Source: an uncultured delta proteobacterium | GTDB lineage: Bacteria > Desulfobacterota > Binatia > HRBIN30 > BPIQ01 | DNA: 64,000 nt | Assembly (NCBI GenBank): GCA_963761335.1 | Contig: CAVXGR010000005.1 | Coordinates: forward strand, 1 to 64,000 | Reading direction: 5' to 3' | Shown: positions 44,173-53,042 of the stretch, piece by piece | Position numbering within the stretch: the first letter of the stretch is position 1 | Layout of the letters: every line of letters begins with the position of its first letter | Translations under genes and position numbers: made by a program | The notes under the pieces: model-generated | Seen by the model: the letters and a program-made list of their open reading frames with translations, nothing else | What the model was told of the DNA's origin: nothing | The model's database searches: none

Positions 44173-46085
44173 TCGCCGGCGCCCCTGGCCGAGCGCGCCG
44201 GCTCTCCATCCGACAAGCACAAGTCATCGCGGCCGCCTTCGTCCTGGCGATGGATTTGCTCGCCCGGCCGGCGCTCGCAGGAGCTTTCGATCTGCACGCC
44301 TACCAGGAATCATTCCGCCAGTGGGAGCAGATCGGCACGACCTGGTCGCTGTGGGTTGCGTTTGCTGCCTGTGCCGTCGCACTGGGTGGGTCGCTGGGAC
44401 GGGCGCTGAATCGGTTCGCCTCGGAGCGATCCGTCTCTGCCGGTGGGCTCGCCGCCGCCGTCGATTCCTCTGCCGTGCTGGCATGGAGCGCCTTCGTGCG
44501 GTTCGTCCTGACCCAGCCGAACATCTTGACGGATGGGGGATCGGGCTACGGCCGCCTGGATCGGCAGTTCGTCCCTGGGTTCGGTGGTCTCTCGGTACTG
44601 ATCGGCACCTTGCTGGGGGACGGACCGCGTTTCGTGACCCCCGATGGGACGCACGCATATTTCATGTGGACCATGTTGCGTGTCCCCTGGCTGCTTGCCG
44701 CGTTTGCACCTCCACTGCTCGTCTTGCTGGCGCGCGCCCTTGGCCTTTCCCGCTGGACGTCGTTCATCGCGGGCATGGGGCTCGCCTCCCTCCCACTGCA
44801 CGCCGCGATGTACTCGAGCGACTTCATCCTCGGGCCGCTGCTCACCCTGGAACTTCTCGGGCTGGCGCTGGTGGCGGCAGCGGTCAGATTCGATCGAACC
44901 GATGTCGGTATCGCCGGCACCGCCGTCCTGGCGTTCGCGTGCTGGGGGCGCCCGGAGGTGGCAACGGTCGGTGCCGTCTTGTTGATCATCGCGTGGCCCA
45001 TGCTGGCGCGTTGGCGGTCACGTCCCGCATCTCTGGTTGCATCTGTATGGTTCGGGACAAATCTCCTGGCCAGCGTGGCGATCGCTCGGGTGCTCGGTAC
45101 CGGGAGCGGCCTCAAGCCGGATCTCTTGCGCTGGCCGGAACTCCCCATCGGGCACTTTCTGACGCTCCAGCCGATCATTCCTTTCTGGCTCTGGGTGCCG
45201 TTGCCCTTCGGTTTGGCGCGCCTCGCTCTCCGCGACCGCAGGCGTCTTTGGCTCGTGACGATCGGTGTTGCGGCCGGGTTCCTGCCGTACGTGATCAAGG
45301 TGGGCATCCGAAGTGATCCGACAGGCAGCTACCTCGAGTTCTTTCGCTACGGTACGTGGACGCTGCCGTGGATCCTGCTTGTGATGGCAGAGGGCATCGA
45401 GGCCATCGCGCGGTTCGTGGGAGAGCGACTTGGCGGGCCTCTTCCCGGACGGGCCCGGCGCATTCAGGACGCCGTCGCAGCACTCTTCGTCGCCGTATGC
45501 ATGGCGACGCCTCTCTTTTTCCGAGGCTATCTCTCGCGCCGATACGGTCCCCGTGTCGAGGAAGAAGCCTTCCGCGAGGCACTGGAAAAGGTTCCCGACG
45601 GTTGCGGTCTGGTTGCCCCGGACGACCAAGCCGACATGGCGAGCCAGGGAGGCGGAACGATCGAGATCCTGAGACGCTATGTGTACATTGCGGAAGAGGC
45701 GCGGGCGCGCTCGGAGAGCTCCCTCGATGCCAGACGGGTGATGGGAGTCACTCCCTTCCTGGAATCGATCGACCGACGCGGGGAGCTGCCGCCGGTGCCC
45801 CAATCAGATCCGGAGCGGGGTGGGACGCATCCCCCCTGCTGGTACTACTTCCGCGGCTCCTATTGCTACACCGGGTTCTCCGGCTCCGGCTCCCGCTCCT
45901 GCGCGGAGCTCGAGCGACGCGTCGTTCTCGCGCCGGTCTTTACGCGTGACATCCTCTATATTTCGCATCGTCTGGTCACCCGCCCGGATCTGCGCGATCG
46001 ACCCCTCTACGATCCGGCGCAGCGACTGGTATTGGCGAGCGTCGAGCGCCTGCGAGCCGCGGCCCCCGAAGGCGCGCCTCGCTGA
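44169..46085 (+). CDS. Polytopic membrane protein with soluble C-terminal domain (possible GT-C transferase)
   Basis: About 10 hydrophobic segments; RPE motif; coupled to the GT2. Confidence 0.6.
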   Translation: MIAGAPGRARRLSIRQAQVIAAAFVLAMDLLARPALAGAFDLHAYQESFRQWEQIGTTWSLWVAFAACAVALGGSLGRALNRFASERSVSAGGLAAAVDSSAVLAWSAFVRFVLTQPNILTDGGSGYGRLDRQFVPGFGGLSVLIGTLLGDGPRFVTPDGTHAYFMWTMLRVPWLLAAFAPPLLVLLARALGLSRWTSFIAGMGLASLPLHAAMYSSDFILGPLLTLELLGLALVAAAVRFDRTDVGIAGTAVLAFACWGRPEVATVGAVLLIIAWPMLARWRSRPASLVASVWFGTNLLASVAIARVLGTGSGLKPDLLRWPELPIGHFLTLQPIIPFWLWVPLPFGLARLALRDRRRLWLVTIGVAAGFLPYVIKVGIRSDPTGSYLEFFRYGTWTLPWILLVMAEGIEAIARFVGERLGGPLPGRARRIQDAVAALFVAVCMATPLFFRGYLSRRYGPRVEEEAFREALEKVPDGCGLVAPDDQADMASQGGGTIEILRRYVYIAEEARARSESSLDARRVMGVTPFLESIDRRGELPPVPQSDPERGGTHPPCWYYFRGSYCYTGFSGSGSRSCAELERRVVLAPVFTRDILYISHRLVTRPDLRDRPLYDPAQRLVLASVERLRAAAPEGAPR

Positions 46086-46099
46086 TCCGGACGCGGTAG

Positions 46100-47977
46100 A
46101 TGTGCGGCATCGCTGGAATCGTCGATCCGACTCCGCAGCCGGACGCGCGGCTCGCGGTTGAGCGAATGGCTGCGGCGCTCGCCCGCCGCGGGCCGGACGG
46201 CGATGGACTCCTCGACTGTGGGTTCGCGGTGCTCGGCCATCGGCGGCTGGCGATCGTCGATGTAGAGGGCGGCCTGCAGCCGATGAGCGCTCCGGATGAC
46301 GACGTGGCGCTGGTCGCCAATGCGGAGATCTACAACCACGCCGAGCTGCGCTGCGAGCTCGAGGCGCGCGGGTTCCGCTTCCGCACGCGCTGTGACGTGG
46401 AAGCCATCCTCCACGGCTATCGCGCCTGGGGCGCCGGTGTCGTGGAGCGCTTGCACGGCATGTTCGCGTTCGCGATCTGGGACGGGCGTCGGCGATCGCT
46501 GCTGCTGGCGCGCGATCGCCTCGGTCAGAAGCCTCTCTACTACGCGCATGAGGGCAGCCGACTTCTCTTTGCGTCGGAACCGAAGGCGATCCTCGCGGCG
46601 CTGGGAACCACGCCGCGCATCGAGCCGCGCGCCCTTGCCCGTTATCTCGCCTTCGACTTCGTGCCGAGTCCGTGGTGCATTTTCGAGGGGATTGCCAAGC
46701 TTCCCGCGGCTCACCGGTTGGAGCTCTGCGCCGGCTCCGAGCCACGCCTGTCGGCGTACTGGGAGCTGCCGGTGCCGTCGTCGCACGCACCATCATTCGA
46801 CGATGCCGCCCATCATGTGCGGAGGCTTTTCGAGCAGGCGGTTCAACGGCGGCTGATGAGCGACGTTCCAATCGGGCTCATGCTCTCGGGCGGCTTCGAC
46901 TCGACCGTGGTCGGTACGGCGTTGCGGCGGCTCGGCGCACGGTTCGAGACCTTCTCTCTCGGTTTCGATGATGCGGAGTTCGACGAGTCGGCGCCGGCGC
47001 GCGCCGTGGCAGACTTCCTGGGCACCAAGCATCACGAGGCTCACTTCAGCGTGCGCGCCTTGCACGCGGCGCTGCCGGAAATCATCGAGTGGCTGGACGA
47101 GCCCTTCGCCGACCCATCGCTGCTCGCCGTGCATGTGCTCAGTGCCTTCACGCGGCAGCGGGTGAAGGTGGTGCTCGGCGGCGACGGCGCCGACGAGCTG
47201 TTCGCTGGCTATCATGTCTTTCTCGCGGCCAAGCTCGACGGTTGGACCCGCCTGGCCGGCTCCCTGCGGCAATGGGGGCTCGGCACGATGGCGCGACTGT
47301 CCCATGTACGGGAGGAGCATTTCAGCCTGGATCTTCGCTTGCGCCAGTTTGCGCAGGGGCTGGCCCATGAGGATCTGGAACGGCCGACGGCATACACGCT
47401 GAACGGTTCGGCTGCGGACATCGCCGAGCTGCTCGGAAAGCCATCGCCCGACAACGTGCTCACCGAGGCGCGCGCTGCCGCGGCGCCGCTGCGCCGCGGC
47501 GCCCTGGATCTGGCGCTGCGACAGTATGCGCGCTTCTTCCTGGAATCGGACATTCTCTTCAAGCTCGACCGTGCGGGCATGGCGCACGGGCTCGAGATCC
47601 GCAGCCCGTTCCTGGACCACGAGCTCGCCGGCTATGCGGCTTCGTTGCCCGCGACCCTGAAGCTATCCGGGCTCACTCGAAAATCGCTGCTGCGCCGGGC
47701 GCTGGGTGCGGACATTCCACCCGCGGTGCTGGCGCGGCGGAAGCAGGGCTTCTCCGTGCCGATCGTGCGCTGGATCAACGGCGAGCTGCGCGGGTGGTTC
47801 GACGAGGTGCTGCTCGACCCGGCGGGCTATGCCGACGGGCTGATCGAACGCCGCGCCGTCGAGCGGTTGCTGGCGCGCCATCGCCGCGGCGAGGCGAATC
47901 TACGCAAGCCGATCTGGAATCTGGCGATGCTGATGCTGTGGAAGGAGCATTGGCTGCGTCGGCCCCAGGCCCCGTAA
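46100..47977 (+). CDS. asnB: Asparagine synthase (glutamine-hydrolysing)-type amidotransferase
   Basis: MCGIAG, HRRLAIVD, EIYNH, LSGGFDS, GDGADELFAGY, R.PFLD. Confidence 0.93.
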   Translation: MCGIAGIVDPTPQPDARLAVERMAAALARRGPDGDGLLDCGFAVLGHRRLAIVDVEGGLQPMSAPDDDVALVANAEIYNHAELRCELEARGFRFRTRCDVEAILHGYRAWGAGVVERLHGMFAFAIWDGRRRSLLLARDRLGQKPLYYAHEGSRLLFASEPKAILAALGTTPRIEPRALARYLAFDFVPSPWCIFEGIAKLPAAHRLELCAGSEPRLSAYWELPVPSSHAPSFDDAAHHVRRLFEQAVQRRLMSDVPIGLMLSGGFDSTVVGTALRRLGARFETFSLGFDDAEFDESAPARAVADFLGTKHHEAHFSVRALHAALPEIIEWLDEPFADPSLLAVHVLSAFTRQRVKVVLGGDGADELFAGYHVFLAAKLDGWTRLAGSLRQWGLGTMARLSHVREEHFSLDLRLRQFAQGLAHEDLERPTAYTLNGSAADIAELLGKPSPDNVLTEARAAAAPLRRGALDLALRQYARFFLESDILFKLDRAGMAHGLEIRSPFLDHELAGYAASLPATLKLSGLTRKSLLRRALGADIPPAVLARRKQGFSVPIVRWINGELRGWFDEVLLDPAGYADGLIERRAVERLLARHRRGEANLRKPIWNLAMLMLWKEHWLRRPQAP

Positions 47978-48034
47978 AGCCGCTGCGCGAGCCTTAGTAT
48001 TTTCACGCCGCTCACGCCGCTGCGGGCGCGGGTT

Positions 48035-48132
48035 CCCTCTCCCGCATTGTTTCGCGGGAGGGACAGGGTGAGGGTTCCAGGAAGAAGCCCCTCACCTTGA
48101 TCCTCTCCCCGCGAAAAGAATGCGGGGAGAGG
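48035..48132. repeat. Inverted pair of CCCTC-type REP-like hairpins
   Basis: ccctctcccgc...gcgggagggacagggtgaggg and cccctcaccttgatcctctccccgc...gcggggagagg; same layout as 3286-3427. Confidence 0.7.
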
Positions 48133-48252
48133 AGACCCTTGCGCGAGGCGGGCGGGAGATAATTGCAGAGTCGGACCGGCAAACTAGGACAGTACCCGAG
48201 CCTTGCCACCGGCTGCATTCGCCCGCCGGATCTTGTAGGCTGCCTGGGTCCA

Positions 48253-49011
48253 ATGAAGGCCGTCCTCGACTGGGTGTTGACCGTTCCCTTCCTGCTCGCC
48301 TTCGGGCTGACGCTGCTGGTGTTCGACGTGGCGCAGCGGCTGGCGCGCCTGTTCGGCCGCCGCCCGCACGACTACGTCGCCGGCGCCCTGCAGTGGACGC
48401 TGATCCACACCTTCGCCATCGCCGGCACGCGCCTCCAGATCGAACGCTCGTCGCAGGTACGGCCGCACACGCCGTATCTCATCATCGCCAATCACCAGAG
48501 CATGTTCGACGTCCCCATCTTCGGCGGCCTCTTCTTCTCCAACTTTCCCAAGTACGTTTCCAAGAAGTCGCTGGCGAAGTGGATTCCGAGCATCTCCTAC
48601 AACCTGCGCGCCGGCGGCCATGCGCTCATCGATCGCGGCGACGCCGAGCAGGCCGTCGGCGCCATCCGCCAGCTCGCCGCCGCGGTCCGCAGCCGCGGCG
48701 TGTCGGCGGTGATCTTTCCCGAGGGGACGCGTGCCCGCCACGGCGCCCTCGGGCCTTTTCGCCGGCGCGGTGCCCTGGCGCTGCTGGAAGCGGCGCCGGA
48801 CACGGCCGTGGTTCCGGTGTGCATCGACGAGTCATGGCGCCTGCTGCGGCACAATCTCTTGCCGATCCCCTTCGGCACCCGCGTCCGCGTGTGGATCGGC
48901 GCTCCCATCGAGCGCCGCCAAGACGAGGATCCCGCCGCTCTGCTGAGCCAGGTCGAGGAGGAGATTCGCGCCGCCCTCGAGCGCTCGCGCGAGTCGCGCT
49001 CGGCGGCGTGA
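48253..49011 (+). CDS. Lysophospholipid / 1-acyl-G3P acyltransferase
   Basis: NHQSMFD, FPEGTR. Confidence 0.9.
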   Translation: MKAVLDWVLTVPFLLAFGLTLLVFDVAQRLARLFGRRPHDYVAGALQWTLIHTFAIAGTRLQIERSSQVRPHTPYLIIANHQSMFDVPIFGGLFFSNFPKYVSKKSLAKWIPSISYNLRAGGHALIDRGDAEQAVGAIRQLAAAVRSRGVSAVIFPEGTRARHGALGPFRRRGALALLEAAPDTAVVPVCIDESWRLLRHNLLPIPFGTRVRVWIGAPIERRQDEDPAALLSQVEEEIRAALERSRESRSAA

Positions 49012-49057
49012 CGGCCGGGCGGATGCGGGTGGGATCTCGGTCATAGAGCCAGCTGCT

Positions 49058-52000
49058 GTGCATCTGGGACCGGGAAAGCGTTTCGAGTCTCTGGGCGTGC
49101 TCGGCCGAGGAAGCAGCGGAGTGGTCTACCGCGCTTTCGACCACGAAATCGGCGCGGAGGTGGCTCTAAAGACCTTGGAGAAACGCGATCCGGAGAGTTC
49201 GTATCTCCTCAAGCGTGAGTTCCGCTCGCTTGCCGGAGTCTGTCACCGCAACTTGGTCGAACTCTACGAGCTGGTGGTGACCGACGAGGAGTCGTTCTTT
49301 ACGATGGAGCTAATCGAGGGGCTGAGCTTCGTCGATTTCGTGCGGGCCGTGGGGTCCGGTGAAGCGCGCCTCGACCGGATGCTTGCTGTTGGCCGACAGC
49401 TGGGGGAGGGTCTGGCCGCGCTTCACGCCGCCGGCAAGCTCCACCGCGACATCAAGCCTCCGAACGTTCTCGTAGACGGCAACGGCCGCGTTGTGCTTCT
49501 CGACTTTGGCTTCACGATCGCCCCTTCGGCTAGCGACATCCAGGATCCCGATGCGAGCGAGGTAGTCGGGACGCTGTCCTACATGGCCCCTGAGGTCCTG
49601 TGGGGCGCGCCGCCCGAGGAGGCGGCCGATTGGTACAGTACGGGGGTGATCTTCTACGAAGCCCTCACGGGGCGGCTACCGCATAGCGGCCGGGCAGCAT
49701 TGGTCCGGCGCAGCGCGCGAGAGATGCCGCAGCCACCTTCGACAGTCGATCCGTCGCTGCCCGCTCGTCTCGACGGTGCGGTCATGCGGCTTCTGCATCC
49801 CGACCCCGCGCAGCGCCGCTCGCCGGTCGATCTCCTCGCTCGCGTCGACCTCAACGATCGCTCTCCCTTGGCGAGCTCTCCGCCCCCACGGCCGGAGGCC
49901 GCATTCGTCGGGCGTCGGACAGAAACGGCGACCCTTCGCGCCGCCTATGAGTCTGTCGGCCGCGGGGCGCCAGCCGTGGTGCAGGTATATGGTCCGTCTG
50001 GAATCGGCAAGACCGAGCTCGTGCAGCACTTTGTGTGCTGCCTCGAGTCGGAGGGCGCGCTCGTGCTACGCGGGCGCTGTCACCCATACGAGCAGATCCC
50101 GTACAAGGGACTCGACACCCTCATCGACTGCCTCAGTCGTTATCTCCTGAGTCTTCCCGCCGACGCTGCGGGTGCGCTCCTGCCCCCCCACGCCGCGGAG
50201 TTGCTGCGCGTCTTTCCGGTGCTGGCGCGCGTTCCAGGTTTCGCGCAGGGTCGACTCCCCGAGGACACGGAACCATTCCAGGTGAGGCGGCGCGCCTTCT
50301 CAGCGCTGCGCCAGTTACTCGGCGCCATTGCCGACCAGCGGCGCCTGGTGCTTTGGATCGACGATCTCCAGTGGGCGGATGCCGACAGTGCCGTGGCGCT
50401 GCGCGACCTTCTGCACGGTCCTGTAGTGCCGCCGATTCTCCTTCTACTCTCCTTTCGGAGTGAGGACCGCGCACAGACGCCGTTTCTTGCGGAGCTGTGG
50501 AGTCTGCCCCTGGATTGGGCGCGCGAACTGGCGGTCGCCGGGCTGGACGGCGACGACATCAGGGTGCTCTTGCGGCAGGTTGCGCCGGATATCCCTGCGG
50601 AGTTCATAGAGCAGATCGCCAGCGAGGCGGGCGGCTCTCCGTTCTTTGCCGCGCAGCTTGCCCGCTATGCCGGCCATGGTCCGGCGGCAAGCGGAGGTGT
50701 TCAAGCCTTCCGACTGGAGAGCGTGGTAGGGAATCGGCTGGAGGAGCTCGCGCCGCCGGAACGTGAGATTCTTGAGATCGTTTCGGTCGCAGGCCACCCA
50801 ATCGAACGCCGCATGGCCCTCGGCGCTGCGGGCATGGCGGAGCGCCACCGGCCGTTGCTCGTGCGGCTCGAGCGCGAGACCCTGCTGCGTGCGACTTCGC
50901 TCGACCGCGACGTTGCCGTCGAGATCTACCACGACAAGATCCGCGAGGCGATCATCACCCGGCTCACTCCCGAGGTGCTCCGCCGCCGCCACGGCCAGAT
51001 TGCAGAGGCTCTGGTACGGGCGGGAAGTGCCGATTCGCAAGACCTGTTCACTCACTATCTCGGTGCCGGGGATCAGGAGCGTGCCCGACCATATGGAGTG
51101 ACGGCCGCCGAGCGCGCCGCCGAAGCGCTCGCCTTCGATCGTGCCGCCGCCTTATACCGCCAGGTTCTGGAGCTCGAGCTGGCGGGCGATGAGAGACGGC
51201 TTCTCGTGGCCAAGCTGGCGGACGCCCTGGCGAACTCCGGCCGTGGCTCTGATGCCGCCGAGCAGTTCGAGGCGGCCGCCAGCCTTTGGGAGGAAGAGGA
51301 GGGGGGACGAGAGGTGGCGTTGAGTCTGCATAGACGTGCCGCCGAGCAGTACCTGCGTGCCGGCAGCTTGGAGCGAGGAATCCAGGTGACGCGCGACGTG
51401 CTCGCTCACGTCGGTGTTCGCCTGCCTGTGGGGGCCGGCCGAAGCATCGCCACAGCGCTGTGGCAGCGAACCCGCCTTCTCGTGGCGCGGTACGACAGGG
51501 TGAAGCCGTTGCCAGCGATCTCGAGCCAGCAGCGGCTGCGTCTCGACACCTGCTGGGGATCGGCGCTCGCTCTTTCGGTCATGGACCAGATGGCCTCTGA
51601 GCTTCTGACCGGACGCCACTTGCTCGAGGCGTCGCGAGTCGGCGAACGCTCGCACGTCGCGCGAGCTCTGGGTCTGGAAGCCGTGAAGAGCGCTCAGCTC
51701 GGTGGCCGATTTCTGCAGCGGCGCAGCGTGCGTCTGCTGCGACTCGCCGAGGAGATGTCGCGAGACCTGGACGATCCGTACAGCCGCGCCTTCCACCTGT
51801 CCTGCGTCGGTGCGGCCGCCTACGAGCGCGCGGAATGGAGAAAGGCATTCGAGAGCTGTGACGCGGCCACCAGCCTCTACCGCGCCGAGTGCACCGGAGC
51901 CGTGTGGGAATCGGTCACGACGCAGGCATTCGCGCTCTCCGCCCTGGCGCACATGGGCGACCTTCTCGAGCTTGGACGTCGGCTTCCTGCGGCCATCGCT

Positions 52001-52684
52001 GATGCCGACGATCGCGGTGATCTCTACGGGGCCATCGGCTTTCGCTCCGGCATCATCAATCTCCTCTGGCTGGCGCAGGGCCGCGCCGACTATGCGCGCC
52101 AGCAGACAGATGGCATCATCGCGCGCTGGCCCGCTGATGGCTTCCACCTGCAACACTATCTTCATCTGCTCGCCAGCGCGCACATCGACCTTTACGTCGG
52201 CGAGCCGTGGGCCGCTTGGCAACGAATCCGGGAAGCGTGGCCAAAGTTGAAGCGAGCGCACTATCTCAGCCTCGATGGACCGAAGACGGAGCTGCTCAAC
52301 CTGCGGGGCCGTGTCGCCTTGGCCGCGGCATGTCACAGGTCCCAGGTCGAGCCAAGCTGGCCCCGCCCACGCCTGCTGCGGCTCGCCGAAGGCGAGGCGC
52401 AGAGCCTGTCTCGATTGCGGCTCCGCTCGGCAAGACCGTTGGCGGCCTTGCTCCGTGCCGGCGTGAGCCAAGCACGAGGGGAAACCGACGAGGCTGCACG
52501 CCGCTACGCTGAGGCGGCAGAAGATTTCCGGCACGCTGACATGAAGCTGTACGAGATTGCCGCCCGCCATCCGCTGATTTCGCCGGCATCTTCTGCGGCG
52601 GCGTCGGTTGCCGCCGAAGCCGAGGCGCTCGGCGTCCGCGATTTACCAGCGCTGACGACGATCCTCGCACCACAGAGGCAGTAG
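49058..52684 (+). CDS. Ser/Thr protein kinase - AAA ATPase - TPR-like protein
   Basis: LGRGSSG.V, VALK, HRDIKPPN, DFG, YMAPE; Walker A GPSGIGKT; IDDLQWAD; helical C-terminus. Confidence 0.92.
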   Translation: MHLGPGKRFESLGVLGRGSSGVVYRAFDHEIGAEVALKTLEKRDPESSYLLKREFRSLAGVCHRNLVELYELVVTDEESFFTMELIEGLSFVDFVRAVGSGEARLDRMLAVGRQLGEGLAALHAAGKLHRDIKPPNVLVDGNGRVVLLDFGFTIAPSASDIQDPDASEVVGTLSYMAPEVLWGAPPEEAADWYSTGVIFYEALTGRLPHSGRAALVRRSAREMPQPPSTVDPSLPARLDGAVMRLLHPDPAQRRSPVDLLARVDLNDRSPLASSPPPRPEAAFVGRRTETATLRAAYESVGRGAPAVVQVYGPSGIGKTELVQHFVCCLESEGALVLRGRCHPYEQIPYKGLDTLIDCLSRYLLSLPADAAGALLPPHAAELLRVFPVLARVPGFAQGRLPEDTEPFQVRRRAFSALRQLLGAIADQRRLVLWIDDLQWADADSAVALRDLLHGPVVPPILLLLSFRSEDRAQTPFLAELWSLPLDWARELAVAGLDGDDIRVLLRQVAPDIPAEFIEQIASEAGGSPFFAAQLARYAGHGPAASGGVQAFRLESVVGNRLEELAPPEREILEIVSVAGHPIERRMALGAAGMAERHRPLLVRLERETLLRATSLDRDVAVEIYHDKIREAIITRLTPEVLRRRHGQIAEALVRAGSADSQDLFTHYLGAGDQERARPYGVTAAERAAEALAFDRAAALYRQVLELELAGDERRLLVAKLADALANSGRGSDAAEQFEAAASLWEEEEGGREVALSLHRRAAEQYLRAGSLERGIQVTRDVLAHVGVRLPVGAGRSIATALWQRTRLLVARYDRVKPLPAISSQQRLRLDTCWGSALALSVMDQMASELLTGRHLLEASRVGERSHVARALGLEAVKSAQLGGRFLQRRSVRLLRLAEEMSRDLDDPYSRAFHLSCVGAAAYERAEWRKAFESCDAATSLYRAECTGAVWESVTTQAFALSALAHMGDLLELGRRLPAAIADADDRGDLYGAIGFRSGIINLLWLAQGRADYARQQTDGIIARWPADGFHLQHYLHLLASAHIDLYVGEPWAAWQRIREAWPKLKRAHYLSLDGPKTELLNLRGRVALAAACHRSQVEPSWPRPRLLRLAEGEAQSLSRLRLRSARPLAALLRAGVSQARGETDEAARRYAEAAEDFRHADMKLYEIAARHPLISPASSAAASVAAEAEALGVRDLPALTTILAPQRQ

Positions 52685-52694
52685 CTGCGCCGAT

Positions 52695-53042
52695 TCAGAA
52701 GAGATTCGGGAGACCTTGCGGTTCGAAGACAACGTACCTTTGTGTCGATCTTCTGTATACCGGCTCCTTTACTTGCTTGTCCCGGCAAGCAGCTGGTTTA
52801 GCCGGTTCGTCAATCGCCAGGATGAGCCTGTCACTTTCGGTTGCCAGAAGCTCATAGCGCCTCGGAGGGGACAGGTAAGAAGGAACCTGACGGTGCTCCT
52901 TTCTCGGGATGCCCTCTACCCATCTGATATCGCGCTGCTCGCGAGGACGCTCGCTGCCAAGATCGATCTCGTCGACCTCGCCGGCCCTCACGAGCCTCTC
53001 CCACATATCGTTGATCCGGCGATTGGCATCGTCCACGTTCAT
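52695..53042 (-). CDS. Hypothetical protein, last gene of the isoprenoid operon
   Basis: ATGA-coupled to the upstream oxidoreductase, GGAGG RBS. Confidence 0.55.
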   Translation of the reverse strand: MNVDDANRRINDMWERLVRAGEVDEIDLGSERPREQRDIRWVEGIPRKEHRQVPSYLSPPRRYELLATESDRLILAIDEPAKPAACRDKQVKEPVYRRSTQRYVVFEPQGLPNLF

